From: the human T2T-CHM13v2.0 reference genome, Homo sapiens
Direction: 5' to 3' (one strand)
Length of the DNA stretch: 64,000 nt
Assembly (NCBI RefSeq): GCF_009914755.1
Contig: NC_060936.1
The notes beneath the pieces were generated by a model that searched no databases, was not told the DNA's origin, and saw only the letters and a list, made by a program, of their open reading frames with translations. Position numbers and translations under genes: made by a program. This document shows, piece after piece, positions 36,061-51,925 of this stretch (position 1 is the stretch's first letter; every line of letters begins with the position of its first letter).

Positions 36061-39000
36061 TCAAGACAAAAAAAAGGCCAGGAAGCCTGTACTAGACTGT
36101 AAGAAAATTACTTTATAGAAAAGATTGAGGAAGACAAGATTCCTGCTCGTTGAAAACAGTGGGGCACACGCATGGCCGGAATCTTTGTCATCTTTGAGTA
36201 AATGCCCCAGTACGGTGGGCCTTCCAGCCTCATGATGGATTGGGTTCTTCCACCTGTGGCTCTTGGTGCTGCCCAGATTCAATATCCAGTTTTTCTACTC
36301 TTTGTCAGCCCAGTCTGACATATTCTGTGGGGTGGGAGAAGGGCTCCAGACAGATTCAATCCGGACGTGATACCAGTTTACTGATTGCATCTCATTTTTG
36401 ACACACTTGGTTTTCAAGTGCAGTGAGGCCCCTCTAGCACTTGCTGTTTCCCCTCTCACACCTTCAATCCCTCTTTATTTCTCCTGCTGCTCCTCCCCTG
36501 CAGCTCCCTTCCCAGGCCTTGAAATGGGAGCTGGGGCTGATTCAGCACAGACAGATTGGCTCATAAATCTTGGCCACATATGGGCCCCACAGAGCTCCAG
36601 GTGAGAGCCGTTAGCACATCTCCCAGGCTCGAAATGTCTCCATGTCCCTACCAGCATCTGGCCTTGAGCAGCAGATCCAGCCCCACACCTTCCCAGCTCT
36701 TCCATCACCTTCTAGCCCCCACTCTTCTCAGGCCCCCTGGAGCCTCTGAGCTCATTGAGGGCCATTATTAAGGAAGTCTGTTTGGCAGATGCCCAGTTCC
36801 CTGGCAGGGGTCTATGGCAAAGGTAGCTCAGACTCCAGAGCCTGCAATGTGGCTGTCAACACAATGGGTGGTTCTCCTTTGGTATGGGAATGGACTGGTG
36901 TCACCTACTAGGAGAAAGATTAAAAAGATGCAGGTGAGGATGACTCCCTAGCCCTGACACAACTGTGGTTGGAGGGGCCAACTAGGTGACACTGAGTAGC
37001 CCCGTGGCCCAGAAGCTCAGAGAAGCATGCTGCTAAGGCCATCCCCAGGTCCAGGCCAGACCACCTTGCCCGCTTGACCAGGTTACACTCCCCATGCAGG
37101 TTCCGTTCTTAATGTGACCGAGACATCTGCTGCAAACAGAGAAGACAAGACCTTTGAACTTGTTAACTAAGTCAGCCCTTGCCTCAAAAGTGAAACCACA
37201 AAATGGTCTTCCCAGCCTGCTAGAATGGACGGGAGCAGGGGCAGGTACCAGTAGAAACTGAACCGGTAGTTGAGGCCTTGGGGCCCAGGTTGTCCCAGAC
37301 CAAAATACTCTAGAATTCTGCTTGACTCCTCCTGGCCCAGCCCAGCATATACGGTTCTGCCTCTGGGCATCCTAATCCCTCCCAGCTCTATTGTGTCTTA
37401 AGGGGCTGGGGCTCAATTTGACGGAAGCTCTGCTCTGAGGACACCCCCTCCTGTGCTCACTTGCTGGATGGATTCTACCTGCTTCCCCAGGTGGCCTCAG
37501 CCAATTCTCACTCCTCTTCACTCCATTGCCTCCCATGAAGCCCCAGCCACACAGATTCACCACAGGGGACTGCTTTATAACTGCTCTTTTAACAATAGAT
37601 CACTTGCCACCGAAACTAAGAATTTTTTTTTAGCCTTCAGGATGAGAACATTTTGGGCAGGTATCAAACTCAGTTATGACCTTCTCTGGAACACAGAGAG
37701 AATAGGGTGGAACATTTGCAGAGCATCCGAAAGTGGTGGGTACTGTTATTTTGAAGATCTCTTATTTATGGCAAGCTCAATGCTCTGCTCTATACCTAGA
37801 ATAAAGGTAAAGGACCTGGCCCTGAGCTCTTTGAAGCAAAAGGTTCATGAGATGAAAGTTCCAGTTCAAGGAAGGCTCGGGTCACTTTATATTATAGAAG
37901 AGGAGGAAGAATTCCACAGAGCCCCAAACCCAGAGACAGACCTAGAGAAGGGGAAACAAATGGAGATAAAAGGATTTCTGAACAGATGGTGGTAACTTAA
38001 ATCAGGAGAGGCAGAGGGAAAAGGTAACAGAAGTGACATGGTGGTCGGCAAGTGAGAGAGCTTAAAGGGAGGCTGGGAGTAGGAAGGTAGAGGGAAGGAG
38101 AGAATTTAGGTGGCAGAGAACTTGATGTGATGAAAAGCCCTCAGATGTGCTGTACTTTTAAGGATAAAACAGGGAGCCGAGTGGGTCAGATGGGGGATGG
38201 GGTGAGCAGGGACGCACAGTTTGGAGAGAATGATTCCAGCAGCTGGAGAATGGGAAAGGAAAGTTGATGCCAATGATGGCGACGCAGGCAGAGTGTCTGG
38301 GGGGTGATCTAGAGCTGGACACCGGCACCCGGGTGCTGTAGAGCCCACAGTACTGAATGTGAGCTTGTGGGCATGTGTGTGCACTGCTCTGATGAGAGAG
38401 TGCTTCATTTTTATGCTTTTCCATGAGGCCTGTGACCAAAAGACATGAAGTGCTTTGCTCTGCTGCTGCTCGCTTCTCTCCAAAGCTCTTGCCTTTTTGG
38501 TGTGTGAGCGTGTGTATCTCATATTTTTGACCAATGAGGAAAAAAGCTTCAGCTGATTGTGAATGTGCCATTAACCCCTCTAGTTTACCAACAGTGAATC
38601 TTCCTAAAAAAGATGGTGATTCTAGGATAGGAGGCCATCATCCAATCTTCAGGCCATAGCTGTGCGAGCCATCAGACCACATTAAGAGGAGGGAGTGTGA
38701 GGACCTGCAGGACCGCCAGCTGTTTATTTAAGTGGTGTTTCACGTCACCCTACCCACCTCAAAGGCTGCCACCTGGACACCTCCAAATCCCATCCATATC
38801 AGTGATAGTGAGCCCCCACCCTCAACCTGCTACCAGCCAAGGCCTGCCAGTCTCCAGAATTCAGCCCATCTCCTCTGAACCCTATCAGCATTCTTTGCCA
38901 CATCATCATTTCAGCAATTCCTTTGTCTCATCTTCTAGATGAGCATATAAAACATCCCTGATAATTTGCACGTTAGGAATGGAAGCCTTCTGCTCAGCAA

Positions 39001-39781
39001 GCTGAGCACCCCTCGTGATGCCAGGCCCTGGGCAGCAGCCTGCCCCCTTTATCCTGCTGCAAAGGAAAGGAAAGGACAGGTGGCAGGCCTGCCTCGGGCC
39101 CAACCCCATCTTTCTCTCTGTTGAATGGGAAGCAACAGTAGGCTGAAGACAAACAGCACAAACAACCATATCTCTGTCTGTCTGTCTGTCTGAGCCATGT
39201 TTTAACTGTGTTACTGGTCCCCAGGACAGTGTCTTTCCCCTCAGGTGTTTTTCATGTAGACAGTAGGCTGGTGCCAATTCATCTTTTAAACAGAGGCTGA
39301 CCTGTGCCCTCAAAACTGGGACCAGTGAATTTGAGAATGTGAGTTCTTCCCCAAAGGTGACACATGTTCACAGTGATCTGGAAATCCTACTCCCAAGGTT
39401 TGCTCAAGCCACAGAAACCGTTTTCTGTAGGACATATTGATACATATTAGTTTGATGCATGGTCTGGCAATGGAACAGTCAGGAATCTCAGAAAATCCCT
39501 CCCCATGGATGTAGGGAAGCTATGGGAATAGGAAGGCTATGGGAGCAGGGGCAGGCAGCCACTTCTCACTGTTTGGCAAAGTGTGTTCAACTTAAGTGCA
39601 CACGCACACAAACACACATGCACAGAAGCACCCATGCACCTCCATGGCCCCTTGCCTTTCCCTCCAGGAAGTACCAATGTGTCATATGAATAGTAAGGTT
39701 CATTCATTCACTGAACAAAATGTTTGCTCATCACCTGCTTTGGGCCAGGCACTGTTCTAAGCTCCAAGGATATAAATGTAA

Positions 39782-40151
<370 letters not shown>

Positions 40152-41559
40152 AGAAGTAATTATTCTTTGAGAGTAATGAGGGATAGAGCGGTGGCCAGGG
40201 GAGATGTGAGGCCTGAAGGAGCTGAAGGGGTGAGCTCCACTGACGTCTGCCAAAGAACCTGCGGACGGACAGCAGCATGGCCTTGGTCAGGCAGGAGCAT
40301 GTGTAGGAGTTGGAGAAAGTGAGGGGGCCCGAGGAAGGGGAGTGCAGCTGGCTGGTCCCTGAGGCTCTGGGCCCAGAATCTACAGCCTCTGCTAGGCCTT
40401 TGGGAGGACTCTGGCTTTGACCCAGAGGAGAAGGGGAGGTGACTGAAGCAAGACTGAGGCTTCGTGGGCCTCACCTCATAGCAACACCCGCTGCTGCTGC
40501 AGCTTGGACATCAGCTGCCCGGAGCGGGGGTCCAGGCAGTGAGGATGAGGAGGCGGTGGGAAGTGGCCAAAGTCAGGACTCGTTTTGAAGATGGCGCAGA
40601 AGGATTTGCTGATGCAGAGTGTGAGAGAGCCAGGAAGATGACTCCGAGGACTTTGCCTTGAGCCAAAAGCTATGGTTCTCATTTCCTTGAGACGGGGAAG
40701 GTGATGGGTGGGAAGCAGGAGCTCCATCAGAGCACGAACCCGGTGTTGTGCAGCTTGGACTTTCCCAGACGCCCCAGGGGTTGAGGGAGGCAGGGGCGGC
40801 AGGGAGAGTGGGCAGAGGGTGCTCCTCCAGACACAGCTCTGTGTCCCTGCCCACGTCCTTGCCTTTGGCCTTCGCTCTAGGAGATCCCTGCTAGTTTCCA
40901 TGCTCCATCTCTGCCTTCCCAGGAGTGTTCTCCCCTCTTAGAGACTGGATCTGTTCCTGGGCCACAGCCTCCTCCTCCCTGGAGCCCCAAGCATTCTGAG
41001 GGGCTCCCAGGTCAGGAGGGCCCCCCCACCTCACCATCCCTCTCTGCTCCTCATCTGGGGCCTCCCCCAGACTTTCTTGCTGACGGCACCTGGCCCTCTC
41101 CCTCTGCAGCCATGACCTGCTTGTCAGGCTCCCGTTGGTCCCCATGGCTGTCAGACATACCTGGGTCTCAGGTATAATCCCAGTTGCAGTTATTTCCCAC
41201 ATGCCTCTTTACTTCATGAAAACGAAGGCTCCAACCTTCCATGACCATTAAGGCTTTTCCAGAATCTTCCATGACAGTTGAGCGCACAGAGGATCTCTAG
41301 AGGATTTGTGACTTCAGTGCACATGCGGACACTCTTCCCTCGGATACAGCTGGAAATTCTTGTTATAAATATGCTTAAAGTTGCTGGTTCCCAACTCCCA
41401 GTGTATTGGCAGGTGTTGGACTGGTCGCCTGAGGATTACCCCAGCCCCAGAGTCAGCCCCAGAGTCAGAGATTAGGGTTTCATGGTGCAAGGGAGGGACC
41501 TGGGAATCAGGATTTAGGAAATGCTAACACACCCCTACTGGTATTGTTGTTGTTCTATT

Positions 41560-41878
41560 ATTAATTAATTAATTAATATTTTAGGACAGGGTCTCACTCC
41601 GTCACCCAGGATGAAGGGCAATGGTGCAAACATAGCTCACTGCAGCCTCAAACTCCTGGGCTCAAGTGATCCTTCCATCTCAGTCTCCCCAGTAGGTGGG
41701 ACTACAGGCATGCACCACCACACCCAGCTAATTTTTTAATTTTTTAAAGATGAGGTCTCACACTGCTGCCCAAGCTGGTCTCAAACTCCTGGCCTCAAGC
41801 AGTCCTCCTGCCTTGACCTCCTAAAGTGACAATCCTCCCAAAGGGGGTTATAGGCATGAGCCACCACCATGCCCAGCC
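41560..41878 (-). mobile_element. Old Alu (AluJ-type), antisense
   Basis: GACAGGGTCTCACTCCGTCACCCAGG...GGCATGAGCCACCACCATGCCCAGCC; the tail has decayed to (ATTA)n. Confidence 0.85.
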
Positions 41879-43514
41879 ACCTCTACTGATGTTGATCACC
41901 GGGCAGGCTTGGGAAAACTGCTTTAGCTGTAAGAGGGGAGGGTGTTCTACCCCCAGAGAGGTTCTCTTACTTTTTCCTTTAAGCAGATCACTACAGCCTC
42001 TAGCCTGCAGGGGCTCCAGGCAGTCCATCACACATACTGGGTTGTACAGAATTTATATAAGGACAGAGTTGGGAAGCTGGAGGGGGACAAAACCCTGCAA
42101 TCTTCTGCCGTCTAAAATTTAGAGCCTATTTTGGTGAGACAAGACTGTATAGAACAGATACAAATAGATGTATATTAATATTCTGCAACAGAGGGGGTAT
42201 GGCTGGCAGGCAAAATAGAAGTAAGGAAAAGCTGGATTTGTGGAGGCCAAAGGTGCCCTCGAGGCTGCAGGTTGGTAAAGAGTTCATGTTGCCATCCAAA
42301 CTATGACCCCTCTGCTTCTGTCCCTTGGTGTGGAACCATTCTCTGCAGAGATGAGCCCAGGCTGTGGCTGCAATGGGAGTGGCTTGCATGTCACTCACTG
42401 AAGCAGCAAAAGCAATCCACTGTCTGGATTGGTGATGAGCTGGGAATCTCTCAAGGGAGTGACCTAGGAGGCAGGTGGGCCAGAGGGGGCCAGAGGGAAA
42501 TGAGATTGTTCTGTTCTTGCTCTTGCTCCCTCAGGGCCATGTCCTTTTGCCATGGTGCACTTCCTGGTCCTGAGCTGACCCTCACACAGGTGCCCACCCT
42601 GCATCCAGCAGTCATTAGTAGGTTCCCCCTCCCACTTTGTCATGAGAAAGGGATTTTCCCAGGATCGCTGTATTTATAGTGGAGAGAGGCCCCAGGACTG
42701 TAAGGAGTGGGGACCTCCTCCCCAGGAATCCCACTGAAAGCCCATGTCCCCTCAGGACCGAGCTCCTGCCCACTCAGAGGACTCGTGCTTTGAGCTGCCC
42801 CAGTGGGTGTGACAGGTTTGCTATAATCTAGGATTTCCCAGACTCACCTGCTGATCAGAATCCTGTAGGATGCTTGTTAGAAACAAAGATATCTGGGCCC
42901 CAAACTACAGCTAATGAATCACAATCTCAAGAGGAAAGGCCCTTAAAGAAACAATTCTTAGGACAGCGTAAACTTGGGAAACCACCAAGCCATGAACTCT
43001 CTCTTACCCGTGGGTGACCTAATTCCTGCCTCTGCTAGAAGGCTGCTGCCTATAGGCTGAGCTCAGACTGGCATTCATGGCGGGGGAAAAAAAGCTTTCT
43101 TTCTGTTTAGAGACCAACAGTGACAACAATGATTACCAACCTTTATCAACTATGTGCCAGGCACTCTACAGGGGGCTCTTTGGGGAAAGGTGGATCATAT
43201 CATGCAATCCTGCCATAGCCTAATGAAGCAAGGGCTACAACAATCTCCATTTTTTTGATGGGGATGCAGAAGGCAGGGAAGTGAAATGTCTTGCCCAGAG
43301 GCACATGCAGCAGGTAGCCGGCAGAGCTAGGTCGCGGGCTTCTGACCACTGTCCCCCTCTCTTCCCCAACAGATTAATCATCTTGAGACCTTGAATTAAC
43401 TCCCTCCAGGGTGGCAACTCACACCACCACCAACACGCATCCCCCACGGGCAGGGAAAAAGAGCATAGAGTGGCAGCTCCTCTGAGAACCTGCAGTGGGC
43501 AGTTGTGAGAATGA

Positions 43515-43937
<423 letters not shown>

Positions 43938-44024
43938 TAGTTTCCCTGTCCCCATCTGCCATGGAATTCCACTAGTGGGTGGACCATTAGGGGAAACAAT
44001 ATAAGTGGTTTAAAAATGCCTTCT

Positions 44025-44139
44025 CAGGAGAATCTCTTGAACCCAGGAGGCAGAGGTTGCAGTGAGCCAAGATTGCAGCACTGCACACTCTAGCCTAGGT
44101 GACGGAGCAAGACTCCGTCTCAAATAAAAAAAAAAAAAA
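44025..44139 (+). mobile_element. 5'-truncated Alu (end of right arm plus A-tail)
   Basis: CAGGAGAATCTCTTGAACCCAGGAGGCAGAGGTTGCAGTGAGCC...GACTCCGTCTCAAATAAAAA. Confidence 0.88.
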
Positions 44140-44769
44140 TCGTTCTTATCCATGGAATCCTTTACTTAAATTCTCCATGAAAGCCCAAAACATAAAGAAA
44201 AGCAGACTGCTCTTACTGGGGGAGGGGAGGGTGACGAAACCCTGGCTTTCCTACCATGCTTGTCTCTTGAAAAAAATATTACTAGCCCATCAAATTTGTG
44301 ATTTCATAGATATTTTGGCTTAGGGCAAACTCAAAGTGGCATCTATTTAAGTTTAAAAGCAGATCGATTGAGAGGTAAAAATGAATCACATGTAGATGTT
44401 GTCAAAGTCTTGAAGATGATGCCCCAGTGACGAATGTTTGGGGAAAGCTGGTGTAGCCTGTGGCTGTCTCAGCAAACACACAACTGCAAAAGGGTCCTGA
44501 CGCCTTACCCCCAGGAATGGCTGACGGTCAGCTCAAGCATGTGTGGGGAAAGTCAGAGATCTTTGGGCCAAAAAGCCCTTTTAGTCACCCTTCAAATAAT
44601 ATTATGCCAATAGCCAGGCATTTTGTCTAAGGACAGTTCAATAGCTCAGAGCCCCTGGGGAGGAGAATTGGGGGCCAGGAGGAGGGAAAGAAGTGAAAGG
44701 GAAATTTTGGACAATTTTGTTGACGTAGTGGGGCAGGGCAGGGTGGTTTTGGGTTTGCTGTTGGTCTAA

Positions 44770-46602
<1,833 letters not shown>

Positions 46603-47359
46603 TAACCCTCTAAGCTTGCCCAGGCCTGGGGCTCCAGGGCTCCCATTGTGGAATGTCTTCCCACTGGTGGCAGAGAGAGGCTTGACTGCTAGCCTCTGTT
46701 GGCTCTCCCTCCTAGGAGGACTCTGGGTTTGGGGCTTCCTAAGTTGGGCCTCTCTCCTAATTCCTAAGCATCACTCTGGTAGGGACCATCATGAATTATA
46801 ATAATCTCTGCAATGGTGTCATATTCTCCACCTGCTGGGATTATCTTTTGAGAAGCTGTGATAGGTGGCAGGAGTGTAGGGTGGGGAGAGAGAAAGGTAA
46901 CCACTCAGTTGGGAAACGCAGCTCCAGCTTACAGAGGGAGTCCTCCTCACTACTTTATAATTCATCTCCAGTGTTAGGAAGGCAAGACGGGGCCCTATGT
47001 TGTATCCTATCATTATCTAGACGGGACAGTTCCAGGCCACACAGCTGCCGGGCACTGAGCAGAGCTCCTCCAGGAGCCAATCCTAGATGAGATCCACCAT
47101 CCTTTTCTGCTTTGGCGACCCAGGCATCTCTGGAGCTGCAAGAGGCCAATTGCGTGTCAGGCAGAGCAGGTGTAGCTCAGCCCCATAGCACTTGTGACTG
47201 AGCTGCACACGAGAAGCGTCCTGGAGAAAGGAAGATGGACTCAGACCCAGGGGATCTGTCCCCTCTGGCCCCAACAGGCCACAGGGCGGTTCCCTCCTAC
47301 ACTGTTCCCTATCACTCCAGTAAACAGCCATTTATTTTTTTCTGCTGCTGACTGGCCAG

Positions 47360-47480
47360 GACTGCCAGCCCAGAGAAGAAACAAGAGTTGGTGGAGAAGC
47401 CGGCAGTGGGGGAATCCAAGGAGGAGAAGATTGAGCTGAAATCCATCACGGCTGACGGAGAGTCTCCACCCGCCACCAAG
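47360..47480 (+). CDS. CACNA1C: CACNA1C exon 17 (121 nt; [40 protein letters not shown])
   Basis: ggccag|GACTGCC ... ACCAAG|gtgagg; II-III loop. Confidence 0.95.
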
Positions 47481-47818
47481 GTGAGGAGCTGTCTCCTTCC
47501 TGGAGCTGTGAGGCCGGTGCTGGGGAGGGAGGGCCACAGCCTTCCCAGGCCAGAACCCTGTGGAGAAGAGGAGAGAAAGAAAGACACCCAGTGGAAAGAA
47601 AGCCAGTGGGGATGAACAGGAGAGCTGGGAGGGGGAAGATAAGGCAGATTGGCTGGATCCCAGCCATCTGCTGATGTCTTGAAGGAGATATGCAAAGTGA
47701 CAAGTACCTATTTTTGAGCTAAGTCACTGACTAAAATGCAACTTCAAGGCTACTGCAAGCCTCTTAACTTGGGGACGTATCTAACTATTCTTCCCCCTTC
47801 TCCCCTGTGACTGTCTAG

Positions 47819-47888
47819 ATCAACATGGATGACCTCCAGCCCAATGAAAATGAGGATAAGAGCCCCTACCCCAACCCAGAAACTACAG
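47819..47888 (+). CDS. CACNA1C: CACNA1C exon 18 (70 nt; INMDDLQPNENEDKSPYPNPETT)
   Basis: gtctag|ATCAAC ... ACTACAG|gtacca; a CTAAC branch point and a pyrimidine tract lie upstream. Confidence 0.95.
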
Positions 47889-48954
47889 GTACCAGTCCCA
47901 CTGCCTAACCTGGGATTGGGAGATTGGGGGCAGAGATCTAAATTCTAAAGCCACGTGGGAGTGGCCATATATTAGGGACCATGGTTCCAGTGTCCCTCTG
48001 TAAGTACCTTCCACTGCTGAGTGTCTTCTATCTCTATATTTAAGCATCATCAGTCAGCATCTGGGAGGCAGGTTTGTTTCTGGTTTCCTCATAATGAGAT
48101 CACATTTGAGCAGTGCTTTTGTGTCCTTTCCAAGTTGGATTCAGTGTACATTTAAATTTTTGTTACATTACATGTTGTAAAATCATCATTAATTTATATA
48201 ATGTATTAGTATGGCATATGTTGCAACATTATGCTCACTTAATATTAATAGTCAATCCCAAGTCTGCCTTGCCCCTACTCAGGAGGCAGTGCCGAGTGCA
48301 GGGACAGCTGCCACCACAGATGTCCCACTTGTTGCTTTAGGCAATGATTTCAGGTCTCATTATAAAAGGCGCGCTTACTGACTCCATCTTTTTATGCTTC
48401 TATCTGATACCTAAATTGGCAGGCAGTCTGCTTCTCAAGAGCTTTAATGTCAGAGATCAGAGGTCCTCCCTCCAGGCTTCACTTCCCTGCTCCCTGAAAT
48501 CCCATACCCTGTGCAAGGCCTGGGCTTGCCTTCCTCTGACCTAGGATTGCAGATATTATCGCCAGTTTCAAGCTTGAAGTCAATAACATGCTATCAAGGG
48601 ACTGTTGATTTTACTGACATTTCCTTGTTCCTGTAGGTTAGGCTATATTTGGGTTGTTCACCAAGTTAGGTGGCTGAGAACCTCCTACATTTATGAGCAA
48701 AGCTCGGTTTCCCTTTTTGCTTTCCCTCCGCTGGTTCTCTGCTTAGAACACTCACAGGCATCCTTGGGAACCAGACTCCCTGTGGTCACACCATCCTCAC
48801 TCCCCTCCTCCTGCAAGGGAATAGGATGTGGTTTCCTGGAGCTTGGATAGAAAGAACAGGAAGGGCGTTTTCATATGCCCGGCATTAAGGCTTTGAAGTT
48901 CTTAAAACCCCTTCTAGGGTGAAACCGTTAGGGAATTTCAACGACGTACTAGAA

Positions 48955-49325
48955 TTATTGAACAAATGCAATGGGAGGATCTTGCCTTGATCCTGAAGCA
49001 ACAAATACACTTTAAAATGACGTTTTAGAGGGAAATGGGGGAAATTGAATATGGACTGGGAACTAAATGATTGAAAGTAGTTTTGTTAATCTTGTTGGTA
49101 TAATATTTTGTAGTTCTGTTTTTAAACTGCTGCAGTGTTTATGGCCAGAGTCTAAATGTTTACGAGTTGCTTTGCTTTTAAAATATTCCAACAAAAAAAA
49201 AATGGGGACAGAGAAGATAAATGGAACAAGATTAGCAAAATGTCCAAAGTTGTTGAAGCTGGTTATATATATGAGGTTTAGTATGTGAGACTGTACTCTT
49301 GTGTAAATCTTTAAGGTTTAAAATG
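48955..49325 (+). mobile_element. Old L1M 3' fragment
   Basis: AT-rich sequence with GGGGAAATTGAATATGGACTGGG and TTGTTGAAGCTGG..TATATGAGGTT motifs. Boundaries are approximate. Confidence 0.55.
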
Positions 49326-51094
49326 AAAGACAGTAATAAAACAAATTCCTTAGAGCCCTGAGAAGAGCCCTCCCATGGGGCCAGCCTCCAGGATGGGCCT
49401 CCCTGCACACACAACAGGGCAGATCTAGCATGAGGGTCTTTTCACACAGGCACCCAGCTGCAGCCAGGCCTGTACGGCAGATACACCTCTTGCATCTTCA
49501 ACAAAAATCTCAAATTCTATTAATCTATACTCTTGGCTTTTCTTTTCTTTGTTGCTCTAATGAAATCAAAGAGAAGAATGTTAATTTTAAAAAAAAAGGG
49601 CTAATGAGGATTTTGTCACCAGGTCGGCCATCCTAGAAATGCCTCTCACGTAGCTACCCAGTGGCTCTGAGGACTGGGGGATGCTTACGCTTTCCAGCTG
49701 AAAAGCTCTTCCCACCCTCTGCTGAGGCCTCAGGATTCTTGAGATTTTTGAGTGTACGGCCCGCTCCCCGTCATTTCTGTTGGTTACATGTGTCTCTTTA
49801 CTTTCGTGTTGAGACCTCTGGTCCATACCCTGAGGCTGCCCTGACTGCCCCACCACGTACACCAGCCACCACTCCGGCCTCTGAAGCCAGCCCCAAGCAT
49901 GCCCATTTGTGCACTATCCCTGGTTTCCAGGTCCTCATCCAGGAGGTCCAAAGGGCAGCATGCTCTTAAAGCTGGTGGCCCCACACATCACTCTGCCCCC
50001 AAAGGCTAAGTTAGCTTGTGCTTCCCAGCTCTTCCTGCCTTCCCATTTCCTCCCTTCCCTGCCTCCACAGTCAGCTCCTGGATCCTTTAGTGCCAGGTGC
50101 AGCAGAAGTTCCCAGAGACTCCTCCGAAGATCACGTGGCCTGTTGTCTCTGTTCTGGTCAATCTCTGGTTCCTTCCTGCTTCTTGTTCTCCCGAACCATG
50201 AATGGCAAAGATCCTGATCTACCATTGTGCTCCCAACCGCTGCCCCTTCCAGGCCGCTGGCCCCTGCCATGCCTGGTTCATGCAGGTACCCCTTAGCAGG
50301 CAGCACTGGTGAGTGTCCCTCCTGCTCTGCCTTCAGCCAGACCACTAGGGAGAAAGGGCCGGTGTCAGGGAGCACACTGCCATGCTCTCCTGCTCCCTCC
50401 CTGTCTCTCTCTTGCCCTGTCTCCTAGGCTTGCCCCCTGCCCTCTCCCTCTCTCCTGGGCTGTCCAGATTGCACCCAAAGTGATGTATCAGAGTGGCCAA
50501 GTGGGAGCTGGACTCCAGAGTGCACTCTGCTGGCTGCAGCTTCAATTACCCTCGCATGACCGCGAATACTCAGAGGAGGGGCCTGTTTCTAATTCAACAA
50601 GGGGCCATCGAGGCCAGCCATGGCCCTAGAATCCTTCCCTCTCTGTTTCATCTGAAAAGCTCGCCAGCTGCTTTCAACCTCCCAGATCGGTATACCCTAA
50701 TTATAGAGAAAAACCCAACTCACTGAAAAGGAAAGCATTGTGCCCAGATGAGTGGAAGCTAATTCTACTTTTGTTTAATTTATTAATTTATTTGAGTGAG
50801 CATGCAGATGTTTGCAAGAGCCACTAAGGACTTAAAGTTAACAGGTACACACTAAAAAAAAAGGAGTGCCACCAGACACTGAGTAGTCAGCACCGCCTGT
50901 GCTGGGGGAGGCTTTCATTGCTGCAGAGGGTTCAAGGACAAGGAGAGCCATGAGGTGGTGGAGTCTGGGGGCTTCATGCAGAAGGGTGGTCTTGACTGAG
51001 CTTTGAGTCAGGGAGTTGGAGAGGCTGAAGGAGTTTTTTCAGGATCGTACAATCATCAGAGATGCTGAGAGTTGGGAGGAACCTTGTAGATATT

Positions 51095-51925
51095 CATGAA
51101 CTACTCATGAAGCATTTAATGTGTGCCAGGCACTGTGCTAGGTACCAGGGACATGGGGGTCCTTGTTGTGGGCAAACAGGGAAGACCCCCACCCTCCTGG
51201 AACTGACATATCAGTGGGGAGACAGGCAGCAGACAAACCAACCAAAAAGGTGACATCACATGATGTGAAGATAGTAAAATCAAGGATTGTGTTAGGGGAT
51301 ACTCAGGGGTCAGGCTGCTTTGACTGTGTGGTCAGCAAAGGCTTCTCTGAGGACACAGCATTTGACTGGAACCTGAAGGATTCAAAAGAACTAGACATGG
51401 AATCGGAGCGAAGAGCTCTCTAGGTGGAGACCCTGAGTGCAGAGTCTCTTACAGGGATGCACTTGGCTGTGGGGACTCCAAAGAGGGCCAGTGTGCCTGC
51501 AGCAGAGAGAACCAAGGGATAGTGCCCTGAGGCGAGAGGCCGGGGCAGGGCAGGAGGGCAGGGCAGAAGGCGCAGGGCCATGCGGGAGGCTGGGTCTGAT
51601 CCAGTGCCCTAGAGGGCCACCAGAACGTCTGAGCAGAGGAGGCCCTGACCTGATGTCCGACTCACCCTTTCAGAGATTCCCTCTGAGCGGTGTGAATAAA
51701 GAGCAGTGGTGTTCGAGAGCAGAATGGGGGCAGGGAGGATACTTGCGCAGTATCCAGGCAGAGAGGATGGCAGCTTGGACAGGGGATGGTGCCGGAGATG
51801 CAGAGAAGTGGTCAGGCTTGGGGTACATTTTGCAGGTAGGACCAGCTGGATTCACTCACAGCTTAGATGTTGGAGAGAGGGAAAGAGAAATGTAGGGTGA
51901 TTCTGAGGTTTTCTAATTGAGCCAG
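51095..51925. mobile_element. L2 LINE fragment
   Basis: ATGTGTGCCAGGCACTGTGCTAGGTACC..., GAAGTGGTCAGGCTTGGGGTACATTTTGCAGGTAGG..GGATT. Confidence 0.7.
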
